Of a DNA stretch of 64,000 nucleotides, positions 1-10,670 are shown piece after piece (position 1 is the stretch's first letter; the number at the start of each line of letters is the position of its first letter). Under the pieces are notes generated by a model. It saw only the letters and a list, made by a program, of their open reading frames with translations. It was not told the DNA's origin and did not search any database. The DNA comes from Rhynchopus sp. YZ270_cl-10. Lineage: Eukaryota. The translations under genes and the position numbers were made by a program. The DNA is taken from positions 868,001 through 932,000 of the forward strand of contig OZ037836.1 of assembly GCA_964035575.1 (NCBI GenBank), given 5' to 3'.

Positions 1-2
1 TG

Positions 3-1628
3 AAGTATTTCCCCCTGCGACTGGGCGGTGACTTCCCGACCATTATCATCACGTGGGATGGGTATTCACCGTACAGTGCCTTCAGGTCCCAACTTGCACG
101 GAAGAGGCTTGCAGTTGCTGCGACGAACGGGCTTGAAGCGACAAACTTTTTGACGGTCGCTGACAAAAAAAAATCCACCTTCCACGACTGGTGGGTTTTT
201 ACCTTTCTGCCACAGCTCTCAAACGTTCAAGAGCGCATCCTCAGGAGGGGAGGCTTCGAATTTTCCCTCCTCTACTACAAAATCGGGGGAGATCATGCCG
301 AGTTGGCAAGTCTCTTCAAAGGTGTCGGCCCCGGGGGACATAGAAGTGCGTTCTGTGCGACCGACCTGGACGACAGATTGTCTGCCCTGCACAACTGCAC
401 CCGCTTGAGCCTTCAAGAAATGGACGCCTGTGGATTCGAGTGCAGCATTGCCGGGCGATTCGAGCAACCTTGTTACACGCTAACTCCGATGCTGCATGAT
501 ACCAAGGGGGTGATGCGTTTGCTCATTAAAACCATACCGGGTGCCCGCGACGTAGAAACAAAGATCCTTGGTAAGCAGGACGGCAATATGACAGGCACGC
601 AGTCACGAACTATCCTACGCAGCCTCATTCAGGAAAATGAGGGGAGCAAACTAATATTGTGCCAGGCCATGCAGGGCCTTTACTACTTTCGGTATAGTGA
701 CATACCAGTGAGGTTCTTCCACACACCAAACCCAAACCCGAACGAGTCGAGGCCATACGCAAAAGATTACTTGTTCGCATTACTGTGTTATCACCTTACC
801 GTGTATTTGCTTGAATGGGCGAATCCAGGGGTTACGAAAAGCACGTACATGCACTCAGTCGAACATTGGTTCGATGAAGAAGACGCACACAGAGTGACCG
901 TGTCGGACGAACTGTTCGAGCATGCCAATGGGGAGAGGAAGCGTTGGACGGCATGCACCTCCCCAAATACAATGGAACGCGATTTCTTGGCATTCGAAAT
1001 TGAAACTAAACATGCAGTGCCGATGTCACCACTGGGTCCCCTAACGGACGCGCTTCCCGCACTTTGGGAGTTTGATACGTTGTGGCTGTGCAAATGCATA
1101 ACAGTAGTAGATGAGACTTGGAAAACCGCGTGCACTAACTTGGTGCAGCGACTGCAACGTGCTGGACTGGGAAAACACATAAAACGCCGAACAGGGTGGG
1201 GGCAAAAATTCTTGTCCAACCCTGATGATGAGGGTAGGGTGAAGAAGATTTGCGTGTGTAAGGAGCCATCATGGAGGGTACCCCCTGTTGTGGAAAGCAA
1301 ATCAGAACCAGAACCAGAATCAGAATCAGAGGATGCGGGCGAAAGCTATATATGCACCATCTGTACCAGACTTGGAAAACAAACAAATTTCAATACCGCG
1401 CACAAGCTCTATTGTCACTACGACGCAAATCACCGCCCTTCAATTACTTGTGCATGCAGGCAGGAATGCCCCATATGCGAACGCAATGTTTCCAAGCGAG
1501 GTTTTAGCCAGCATCTTTTGTGTAATCACTCAGAGGATATTTCCAAGAAACATTGTCCCATTTGTATGGACGTGTTTTCCTCACCGAGAGCCGTAGAAAA
1601 TCATATGTACAACATGCACGGAGAGTAG
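3..1628 (+). CDS. 5'-partial protein with three C-terminal C2H2 zinc fingers; N-terminal part possibly DDD-transposase-like
   Basis: Frame is open from base 3 to TAG at 1626-1628, so it runs off the window start. C-terminus has CTIC..H..H, CPIC..H...H and CPIC..H....H. N-terminus reads IIITWDGYSPY...ATNFLTVAD, with the two Asp separated by 34 aa. Confidence 0.7.
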   Translation, partial: KYFPLRLGGDFPTIIITWDGYSPYSAFRSQLARKRLAVAATNGLEATNFLTVADKKKSTFHDWWVFTFLPQLSNVQERILRRGGFEFSLLYYKIGGDHAELASLFKGVGPGGHRSAFCATDLDDRLSALHNCTRLSLQEMDACGFECSIAGRFEQPCYTLTPMLHDTKGVMRLLIKTIPGARDVETKILGKQDGNMTGTQSRTILRSLIQENEGSKLILCQAMQGLYYFRYSDIPVRFFHTPNPNPNESRPYAKDYLFALLCYHLTVYLLEWANPGVTKSTYMHSVEHWFDEEDAHRVTVSDELFEHANGERKRWTACTSPNTMERDFLAFEIETKHAVPMSPLGPLTDALPALWEFDTLWLCKCITVVDETWKTACTNLVQRLQRAGLGKHIKRRTGWGQKFLSNPDDEGRVKKICVCKEPSWRVPPVVESKSEPEPESESEDAGESYICTICTRLGKQTNFNTAHKLYCHYDANHRPSITCACRQECPICERNVSKRGFSQHLLCNHSEDISKKHCPICMDVFSSPRAVENHMYNMHGE

Positions 1629-1702
1629 TAGCCTGTTTACATTTTGTTGTTGTTGTTGTATTTTTTGTTTGTTCAGTGTTGCCTCTAGAGTGTGCTCCAC
1701 TA

Positions 1703-1821
1703 TTTGTTTGTTTGTTTGTTTGTTTGTTTGTTTGTTTGTTTGTTTGTTTGTTTGTTTGTTTGTTTGTTTGTTTGTTTGTTTGTTTGTTTGTTTGTTTGTT
1801 TGTTTGTTTGTTTGTTTGTTT
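1703..1821. repeat. (TTTG)n microsatellite
   Basis: Perfect 4-bp tandem run of about 30 units. Confidence 0.97.
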
Positions 1822-1942
1822 ACCGCGAATCTATACAAAGGAATGAATCCCCCTCCCCCCCCATAGCACTCGTTTTTGTTCCATCGCAATCCCATTAGTC
1901 ACACCCTCTTTCCAGGATCCAAAAACCACACCACATCATATC

Positions 1943-2875
1943 ATGACAAGCAAGCAGACGACGATTGCAAACGACTTTTGTACTGTTTATGTGTACAAAG
2001 CGAAGAACCCCGCCGGTGCAACCCCCTTAAGCCACCCTGCACTGAGGGCCTTGATTTCGAAATGTTTCAAGGTGGACTTCAAGTCCAATGATGGCTCAGT
2101 GGCAGCTGAACTTGGCAAAAAATTCACCATCACACAGGCGAAGAACAGGGCAGAGGCTGATGCTGCCAAAGGTGTGTACAGCCTCCGCATCTCCGGGAAC
2201 GGAGGGGCAGTGAAGGAGACTGTGTTTGGCGGACTCGTGCTGCGGAAGTTGCCTGGGATATCGGACGCCGCAAAGAAGACGGAGGCGTACAAGCGTCTGG
2301 CGCTTGTAGTTCGGGAAGGGGCGTCGCTGGGGGACATGGACATGGCGTGCTTGTACACGTCCATTGTCAACGAGGGAACAGGGACAGCGGCGGCCAAGGG
2401 GGTCATCAAAAGAGGCCCCCGCGCTTCCGTATGGCCTATCATCACGGTGATGGGGGAAAAGATGACACCGGGTGGAAAAGTGCACCGAATTTTTATTGAA
2501 AACGGTTGCACCGTGTTTTGCACCGACCCGACGCTGCAGGGTCACAAGCTGAGCTTTGCGTTGAAGCGGGAGCGCCTTGCCATCGGGGCCAGCATCGGGG
2601 TGGTCGACGGTACGTATGATGTCCCCAGCACTCTGTCCCTTGATTCGACGAGGGAGACTTCCGTGATGGTGCAGGTGGGAATTACTCGTGTGGACATACC
2701 CGTGGGGGCCCCCAACGCACTCTCTGTGAAAATGGACGGGGCATCATGGATGTCCGTGTTTGGGGAGGACGAAGTTCCTGAGGAGGCTCCTGAGGATCCT
2801 GAGGAGACTCTTGCTGAGGCCAGTGACACAGAGGCAAACAAGGAGGACTCCGAAGAGAGTGTTCAATGGCACTAG
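1943..2875 (+). CDS. hypothetical protein, 310 aa, acidic C-terminal tail
   Basis: ATG-initiated, GC-rich ORF with natural composition and CA-rich upstream sequence. No family recognised. Confidence 0.7.
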   Translation: MTSKQTTIANDFCTVYVYKAKNPAGATPLSHPALRALISKCFKVDFKSNDGSVAAELGKKFTITQAKNRAEADAAKGVYSLRISGNGGAVKETVFGGLVLRKLPGISDAAKKTEAYKRLALVVREGASLGDMDMACLYTSIVNEGTGTAAAKGVIKRGPRASVWPIITVMGEKMTPGGKVHRIFIENGCTVFCTDPTLQGHKLSFALKRERLAIGASIGVVDGTYDVPSTLSLDSTRETSVMVQVGITRVDIPVGAPNALSVKMDGASWMSVFGEDEVPEEAPEDPEETLAEASDTEANKEDSEESVQWH

Positions 2876-3227
2876 TCAGGCACGTCAGTCACTTGACCCC
2901 TGCATATGTGTATGGGCGGGATTTTTACAAAGGGGGTGAGGGACCCAAATCATCATGAAATCAACAAAAACAGAAATCACCCCCCCCATCTCCTTTTTTT
3001 TTAAATAAATTTTTACAGTGCATGGACATTCAACAATCAACAATCAAACAGGTAACCACCAACCTCCCAACCCCCCAACCTCCCACATTTCCAATAAAAA
3101 TGGCTGTTGCAAGGCATTTCACATGCATAAGGTTGTCAAATGACAACCTAGGGGTTGTCATAATTATGACATGTCATTGAGGTTGTCATTTAGGTTGTCA
3201 TTTTGCTGACTACCGCACCGTGTTTGA

Positions 3228-4732
3228 CCCCCCCTAGGCATAGGTGCCGGCCGAGTCGTTTTTGGGCGAGTTGTCCGAACTCCACGATTTTACCAAACAA
3301 CTCGCCCAAAACTCGCACAACTCGCCCACAACTCGCCCTATACTCGCCACAACTCGCCCTATACTCGGCACAACTCGCCCACAACTCGGCCACAACTCGC
3401 CCATTTATACAGGCAAAAACATACAGGGATGGGAGGGGACGTTGTAAGGTTACACACATGTAACGTTGGTACAACACATGATCTCAAGAAAAACAACCAG
3501 GGCTAAGGCCAAACGCCACTCATTACATGCACCTTGTCATATGACTAGGCATAGGTGGTAACTAGGTCGTGGTGGTCCATGGGTCACCGTGCACACTCAC
3601 GGTTTTTGGTAATTGCTGGGGGGAATGGGATATACTCCGTACATGGCTACCCACACAGAACACATGGTTCCCCAGACATCCGTCAGGCAATCACTGATTC
3701 ACTTCACACAGGTCGGGCAGGCGCCGCCTGCTCATCCTCTTTTCCTGTCTGCTATCGATTACAGGTTCACAACGTTCGCACGTTCAGTCAAAATGCTTTG
3801 GGCGACGACTTCCCTTGGGATACAAAGCATACAAAACCACCCAAAGTGCACATTCACAGACCAGCTGTGAAGCGGCAAAGAGTCGTTCAAGCTGAGATGC
3901 ACAAGATAAAATGTGATGTGGTGCACCTGTGCACCTGTGCACCTGTGCACCTGTGCACCTGTGCACCTGTGCACCTGTGTACCTGTGTACCTGTGTACCT
4001 GTGTACCTGTGTACCTGTGTACCTGTGTACCTGTGTACCTGTGTACCTGTGTACCTGTGCACCTGTGTACCTGTGTACCTGTGTACCTGTGCACCTGTGT
4101 ACCTGTGTACCTGTGTACCTGTGTACCTGTGTACCTGTGTACCTGTGTACCTGTGTACCTGTGTACCTGTGTACCTGTGTACCTGTGTACCTGTGTACCT
4201 GTGTACCTGTGTACCTGTGTACCTGTGTACCTGTGTACCTGTGTACCTGTGTACCTGTGTACCTGTGTACCTGTGTACCTGTGTACCTGTGTACCTGTGT
4301 ACCTGTGTACCTGTGTACCTGTGTACCTGTGTACCTGTGTACCTGTGTACCTGTGTACCTGTGTACCTGTGTACCTGTGTACCTGTGTACCTGTGTACCT
4401 GTGTACCTGTGTACCTGTGTACCTGTGTACCTGTGTACCTGTGTACCTGTGTACCTGTGTACCTGTGTACCTGTGTACCTGTGTACCTGTGTACCTGTGT
4501 ACCTGTGTACCTGTGTACCTGTGTACCTGTGTACCTGTGTACCTGTGTACCTGTGTACCTGTGTACCTGTGTACCTGTGTACCTGTGTACCTGTGTTTTT
4601 GTAGCCATAAAAAATCCCGAAAAAAAACAACTCGCCCAAAAAAAATGGGCGAGTTGTTGGCCGAATTTGGGCGAGTTGCCGAGTTGTTTTTAACTCGCCG
4701 GGCACCTATGCCTAGGGGGGGGGGGGGGGGGG
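3228..4732. mobile_element. non-autonomous TIR element carrying an 8-bp satellite
   Basis: Left end C7-TAGGCATAGGTGCCGGCCGAGT is inverted at the right end as ACTCGCCGGGCACCTATGCCTA-Gn. Subterminal AACTCGCCC/GGGCGAGTT repeats occur at both ends. No TSD resolved. Confidence 0.7.
3920..4596. repeat. (GTGTACCT)n octamer satellite with GTGCACCT variants at the left edge
   Basis: About 84 tandem 8-bp units read directly. Confidence 0.97.
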
Positions 4733-4991
4733 ATCTGAGTGCTCCGTATCCGTAAGAGAATAAAGCGGGGCTCGGCAAAAGTGTTCTGATTATCACCCCC
4801 TTTTCTATACTAAAAATACACGCTCTTTTTGGTGCTACTGAAAATCAGTCAGGGACCTGTCAGGGACCTGTCAATATCGGGGGGGGGGTGCCCTTTTTTG
4901 ATAGTACTTTGCCATTTTCAGGTACACAGGTACACAGGTACACAGGTACACCACATCACGTTCTATCTTGTGCATCCTAGCTTGAACGACT

Positions 4992-5051
4992 CTTTGCCGC
5001 TTCACAGCTGGTCTGTGAATATGTTCACAGACCAGCTGTGAAGCGGCAAAG
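4992..5051. repeat. perfect 28-bp inverted repeat with 4-nt loop
   Basis: CTTTGCCGCTTCACAGCTGGTCTGTGAA-TATG-TTCACAGACCAGCTGTGAAGCGGCAAAG. Confidence 0.9.
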
Positions 5052-5074
5052 TAGAAATCACCCCCAGCTTAGAG

Positions 5075-5461
5075 CAGGGATGGGTGCAGACGTGCATACG
5101 TCTGCGTCTGCACGTCTGCACATTTTCAGAAATGACATGCAGACGTCTGCAGTGTATTTTTCGCTTCGGTAAACGCTTTGGTACCCGGGCATTGTGTGGG
5201 GTAATTGTGTTTGCATACAGCTAAACCAAGACAACGTGGTCACCTTTAGTCCGTATTTGGATTGTAGTGACCAATGTCATGCGCTTAGAAACACAAGGGT
5301 TTTAGAGCGGACTTGGCGTAGAACCGCTTATACAGTGTCCCCGACACTTTGCCGCCCTCTCAATGCGTCCCAACGGTGTTGAACCCTCAGGTCCCCTGGC
5401 TTAGCCACTAAGAGAAAACCTGCAGCGTCTGCAGACGCATACACGTCTGCGGCCATCACTG
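5075..5461. mobile_element. hAT-like MITE (387 bp)
   Basis: 8-bp TSD GCTTAGAG at 5067-5074 and 5462-5469. TIR CAGGGATGGGTGCAGACGTG versus CAGTGATGGCCGCAGACGTG (reverse complement). The CAGGGATG terminus resembles Ac/Ds ends. Confidence 0.88.
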
Positions 5462-5710
5462 GCTTAGAGGGGCTCAAGGCCGTGTGACGCACTGATTTCG
5501 ACACGTTGCCGAAGAAGCGCGATAGCGCTTTGTGTGGTTTTGTGTATCCCTGTGAACCTGGAATCGATAGCAGACAGGAAAAAGAGGATGGGCAGGCAGC
5601 GCCTGCCCGACCTGTGTGAAGTGAATCAGTGATTGCCTGACAGATGTCTGGGGAACCGTGTATTCTGTGTGGGTATCCATGTCCGGAGTATACACGACGG
5701 TGAAGTAAAA

Positions 5711-5972
5711 TGACATGACATGACATGACATGACATGACATGACATGACATGACATGACATGACATGACATGACATGACATGACATGACATGACATGACA
5801 TGACATGACATGACATGACATGACATGACATGACATGACATGACATGACATGACATGACATGACATGACATGACATGACATGACATGACATGACATGACA
5901 TGACATGACATGACATGACATGACATGACATGACATGACATGACATGACATGACATGACATGACATGACATG
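5711..5972. repeat. (TGACA)n pentamer microsatellite
   Basis: About 52 perfect units. Confidence 0.97.
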
Positions 5973-6828
5973 CGCTTTTACATGTGCTTTACATGTAACT
6001 TTTTTTACATGTACTCACATGTCATTTTACATGTAAAGTGACATGTGCCATGACAAGACTAACTAACGACAAGACCCCTGATTATAATGAGTGGCGTTAG
6101 GCCTTGTCATTATTTAGTCTTGTCATGTGACTAGTCATACCCCCTTGTGTCATTGCTCACACTCGGTTGTGGTGCAACGGACCCTTTGGGGGGTACCCCA
6201 AATAGGGTCCGCGCGGGGTACCCGGGCTTGGGAGTACCCTGAGGGTCCGTATGGGCCACCGTGTGTGTGTGTGCGTCCCACCAAAAAATTGCTAAGTACC
6301 GTTAAAAAATGGCACCCCCCTATGGCAGGGACCTGTCAGGGACCTGTCAATATCGGCCCCTCCAGGAGCACCATCTTTTCGTAAAATTATTGAATTGTTG
6401 AGGCACACCAAAAGTGTCGCTTCCTGTTGAATCACTGAACCACCCATATCCTGTATCACATCGTTTATTATTCTTTCCCTGCGTTGACTGCAGGAAAGCT
6501 CGCGTAACATCGCGACCAGGGAGTGTTAACCATACTAAAAAATATGAAAAGAAGAAACTGGGTTTGGGCTGGAAAGCAGATCACCCTCAGCGAAATAAAA
6601 AAATGCGAAACACAATGACTGCGTAAAAAAGGGTGGTAAAAAGGGGGAAATGGTTGCTTCTCTCTCAGAGCAACAGTTCCGGGAGACTTGGAAAAGACTC
6701 CCGTCGCCATCATGGGCACCATGTCCAACCCCTGTGTAAATGTGTCTGGTGTGGGCCAAACAGGAAAAAGATTAAGATATAATTTTCAATCTAAAGATGG
6801 AGTAGTACCCACCGCACATCCTGATCAC

Positions 6829-8670
6829 TCAAGCAATTCCGTCCTTTGAAAACCCCCTCCCACCCGCAGCGCGCAAAAGATAAGAATCTGTCAACGTCTC
6901 GCACTCACCCGAAAGGGATGCAAATCGACACACTGTGCCCTCCCGCAACGGCCGTGCCAAGGCCACACTCAGAAGCCCGCCCTTGACTGTCGAGGGATGC
7001 ACGTTCAACGGGCTCCGTTCACAAGGGCAACCCTGTGCAGCCTCTTCAACCGCTGCTGCAGACACATCGCCTTTCAGGTACTTCCGCACTGTGGTGTTGT
7101 ACTGATCCCATTCGCAGTTCTGTTCAATAGCGTACATCCACTCTTCGTCTGGGTTGTCTGCATCCGCAGGTGTGCGCGCAGGCAGAAGCTCGGCAACCAC
7201 TTCAGGTGTGTCAGATGTTGCAGACACTTCCACCTTGCACGGAATCAGGCGCATCTCGTGTTCGCACTCAGCTTCGCTGAAGCACATGCGGTTGCAGAGC
7301 ACGTCGCAGCCGAAGATACGTCCTGCACGTTCCATCCCATGCACGTTACGCACAAGTGTGCCCACCATGCTGAAGCGGCGCATCACCTCACACCCCATGT
7401 CACCACGCAGCACCTTCCCAGTCGCCACACCGAGGTTCACCGAAAGCTTCAACCTCCTGAGCAGCATCGTTGCTGTGTGCAGTGCTGAGGTGGCGTGGTT
7501 TGCACACTGCTTCGACGCGTTGAACGAGCAGTGCACCCTGTCCCCGATGAACACGTCCACCATCCCACGGTGTGTCTCTGTTGCCTTCAACGTCTTCAGA
7601 ACAAGGGTTGTGAAGAAGGAGGAGAACTGCGCACTGTCCTGCTCCACCAGACGCAACGTGTCTTTGATGTTCACCGTCAGCAGAGTCGCCTTCACTGCGG
7701 AGAGACCCAAGGCAACGTGCCGCATACTGAGAGCAGGCAAGCTTCCACTTGTGCGACTCGAAGATGGTGTTTGTTCGATACCGACGTCTTCAGCGCACTC
7801 AACTTCGCTGTCTTCATCCACAAGCAGACACGTCTGTGGCAGGTACGCTTTGTATGACCGCAGGTTCTTCTCCAACGCACGCAGTGCCACCGTCATCCCC
7901 TCAGGCAGCTCGTGTTCATGCTCCTCCAGCAGCTCCGCCACCTTCTCCACGTCGTAGCCAGCCAGGAGCGAGGCAATCTCCTGCACAGTGCTGATCGTCC
8001 GCTCCATTGATGCCTGCTCCTTCAGCACCTCACGCGAGAAACCACGTGTCATGATGAAGTCAATCACAAAGACAGACAGCGCAAGTAATAGTGTAGTTGA
8101 TGGGAACGCAACAGGACAGGGCGGCGTCTCACAAACAAACTTCTCCTTCAAGTAGTACAGCCGCCCGTACTCACCCTCCTGCTCTGCCAACCCTGGCATG
8201 TCGAGCAGACCAAACCTGAAGCTCTCCTCAACACCAAGCAGCACCAGCCATATGACAATAAAACAGACAAGACCCAGACTGTACCGTGTGGGCACCTGCA
8301 TCACAAGCAGCATATCGATGATGAGCACCAGAAGCGGCCACCGTTCATTTGAGACAGCTCGTCCACTCAAATCCCACATCAGTAGTCCACATGTGATCAC
8401 GTACAGCGTGCCCACAACTACCCTTGTCGTCAAGGCAACTCTGCACAGCACTGCACAGATTACACCGCTGCACCCAAGCAGGACCAGCAGTGCGCCTACT
8501 GAGTTGAATGGGTGCTTTACATGTGCTCCCCACTGTACCGACGCGGCAGTTATTACAGTGGCCAACCAACCCACACAGCCAAAGATGAAGTACTGCGTGC
8601 GCAGCTCCTTCTGTTTGGTGCTCAGTGTCCCGTCCAAGGAGAGCACGCCATTGAGACACTGCATCCCCAT
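6829..8670 (-). CDS. multi-TM class III nucleotidyl cyclase-like protein, copy 1 (probable pseudo-cyclase)
   Basis: About 6 hydrophobic segments, a coiled linker, then cyclase-like motifs ATLLTVNIK, VDVFIGDRVHCSFN and LGVATGKVLRGDMG..RRFSMVG. Start placed at the MGMQ shared by all three copies. Confidence 0.85.
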   Translation of the reverse strand: MGMQCLNGVLSLDGTLSTKQKELRTQYFIFGCVGWLATVITAASVQWGAHVKHPFNSVGALLVLLGCSGVICAVLCRVALTTRVVVGTLYVITCGLLMWDLSGRAVSNERWPLLVLIIDMLLVMQVPTRYSLGLVCFIVIWLVLLGVEESFRFGLLDMPGLAEQEGEYGRLYYLKEKFVCETPPCPVAFPSTTLLLALSVFVIDFIMTRGFSREVLKEQASMERTISTVQEIASLLAGYDVEKVAELLEEHEHELPEGMTVALRALEKNLRSYKAYLPQTCLLVDEDSEVECAEDVGIEQTPSSSRTSGSLPALSMRHVALGLSAVKATLLTVNIKDTLRLVEQDSAQFSSFFTTLVLKTLKATETHRGMVDVFIGDRVHCSFNASKQCANHATSALHTATMLLRRLKLSVNLGVATGKVLRGDMGCEVMRRFSMVGTLVRNVHGMERAGRIFGCDVLCNRMCFSEAECEHEMRLIPCKVEVSATSDTPEVVAELLPARTPADADNPDEEWMYAIEQNCEWDQYNTTVRKYLKGDVSAAAVEEAAQGCPCERSPLNVHPSTVKGGLLSVALARPLREGTVCRFASLSGECETLTDSYLLRAAGGRGFSKDGIA

Positions 8671-9079
8671 CTTCCCCCTGATCCTCCCCCTCCCCTCCCC
8701 CGTCCTGTGGTCTTGTGGAGGTGGATGAGGCATGATGGGTCTCATGACATATGTGGATGAGAACCAACCCCCTCACAGTTCCATTTAGCATTGTCTGGTG
8801 ACCAAAATTGGTTTCAATCAAGAACTTGTCTATTTTTCCGAAAATGAACCCACTACAGTGAGGATAAAGATCTGAAAGCCCGAAAAGGGCAAAAAAACCC
8901 CACCCAAAAAAAAGGGAAAAAGTGAAAATAATAAAAACCCCTTTCATCTTTTGTTTAGTTGGTACGCTACCCACGTCATACGCACTATCAGGCAAGGGGT
9001 TTTATAAAGGTTAAATTCGGTTTTTTGTTTCCTTTGACATGCAAATAAAAACAAAACATTTCTTTTCTTCTTTTTTTTT

Positions 9080-9110
<31 letters not shown>

Positions 9111-9270
9111 CTACCCCCAAAACGTCCAGAAAAGGATGTCAAAAGGGGAAAAAACCCTTAGCCTGAAGTACAGAAATGAGGTGAGTGCACAATAATAGGG
9201 GAAAGGAATAAACTACAAGTCTCAGATGTTTTAATCATTTCCCACCACAAAGTATTTGTCCTAATAAAAT
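9111..9270. repeat. ~160-bp direct repeat, second copy at ~10685-10843
   Basis: CTACCCCCAAAACGTCCAGAAAAGG...GTATTTGTCCTAATAAAA is essentially identical at both sites. A ~58-bp block at 8925-8983 is also repeated at 9267-9324. Confidence 0.9.
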
Positions 9271-9399
9271 AATAAAAACCCCTTTCATCTTTTGTTTAGT
9301 TGGTACGCTACCCACGTCATACGCCCAGGACCCTTCGGGACGCGAAGCGCTCAAGTTGTCGGGGCTGGCTCTATCGGGCGCGTAAACGGAAGCTTGAAT

Positions 9400-10670
9400 A
9401 AGTAGGTATTATGCCAGAACAGCGAAGCGTTAACTGCCAAAATTGAAGGTTGAATAAATTGGGTCTCACGGCCCAGAAACAGCGAAGCGTGAACAGCAAA
9501 AAACGGAAGCGTGGAAAAGTAGGACGCCAGTGGCCCAAACAGCGAAGCGTTAATCGTTAAAACGTAATCTTGAAAATGCGGGCCATAATGCCCAAAACAG
9601 CGAAACGTATAACTGCAAAAACGGAAGCTTATACAAAAACGGGTCTTATGCCCGAAACAGCGAGGCGGAGAAAACGAAACGGAAAGCTTGAACAAGCGGG
9701 TCTTATCCAAAACATCGAAAAACGTATAACTGCAGAATACGGCAGCTTGAACAAGCGGGTCTTATGCCCAAGACATCGAAAACGTATAACTGCAAAAACG
9801 GCAGCTCGAACAAGCGGGTCTTGTGCCCAAGACATCGAAAACGTATAACTGCAAAAACTGGAGATTGAACAAACGGGTCTTATGCCCAAAACAGCGAAAA
9901 ACGTATAACTGCAAAAAACGGAAGCTTTACAAAGCGGGTCTTATGCCCAAAAACGGCGAAGCGTTAGCAGCAACAAAAGGTAATCTTGAACAAACGGGTC
10001 TTATGCCCAAAACAGCGAAAAACGTATAACTGCAGAATACGGCAGCTTGAACAAGCGGGTCTTATGCCCAAGACATCGAAAACGTATAACTGCAAAAACG
10101 GCAGCTCGAACAAGCGGGTCTTATGCCCAAGACATCGAAAAACGTATAACTGCAGAATACGGCAGCTTGAACAAGCGGGTCTTATGCCCAAGACATCGAA
10201 AAACGTATAACTGCAGAATACGGCAGCTTGAACAAGCGGGTCTTATGCCCAAGACATCGAAAACGTATAACTGCAAAAACTGGAGATTGAACAAACGGGT
10301 CTTATGCCCAAAACAGCGAAAAACGTATAACTGCAAAAAACGGAAGCTTTACAAAGCGGGTCTTATGCCCAAAAACGGCGAAGCGTTAGCAGCAACAAAA
10401 GGTAATCTTGAACAAACGGGTCTTATGCCCAAAACAGCGAAAAACGTATAACTGCAGAATACGGCAGCTTGAACAAGCGGGTCTTATGCCCAAGACATCG
10501 AAAACGTATAACTGCAAAAACGGCAGCTCGAACAAGCGGGTCTTGTGCCCAAGACATCGAAAACGTATAACTGCAAAAACGGCAGCTCGAACAAGCGGGT
10601 CTTATGCCCAAGACATCGAAAAACGTATAACTGCAGAATACGGCAGCTTGAACAAGCGGGTCTTATGCCC
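9400..10670. repeat. ~60-bp minisatellite with ~422-bp higher-order repeat
   Basis: Monomer approximately AACGTATAACTGCAAAAACGGCAGCTTGAACAAGCGGGTCTTATGCCCAAGACATCGAA. Diagnostic variants recur 422 bp apart (9841/10263, 9961/10383). Monomers are degenerate at the left end. Confidence 0.93.

Larger units (their letters stand above)
4883..6320. mobile_element. composite non-autonomous TIR element
   Basis: Imperfect ~30-bp TIR: GGGGGGTGCCCTTTTTTGATAGTACTTTGC versus reverse complement GGGGGGTGCCATTTTTTAACGGTACTTAGC. The flanks (GACCTGTCAATATCGG...GGAGCACC) match an uninterrupted, inverted homolog at ~22527-22625. Confidence 0.65.

Noticed and set aside
1553..1898. (CLFV)n / (TNKQ)n ORFs
   Set aside because: Translation of the (TTTG)n microsatellite.
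3555..5971. Long ORFs such as (CTCVPVYL)n, (QVHRYTGT)n and (MSCHV)n
   Set aside because: They are stop-free translations of 8-bp and 5-bp satellites in multiple frames.
9400..10670. CRISPR array
   Set aside because: The whole 60-bp monomer is repeated with no unique spacers, there are no cas genes, and the context is eukaryotic.
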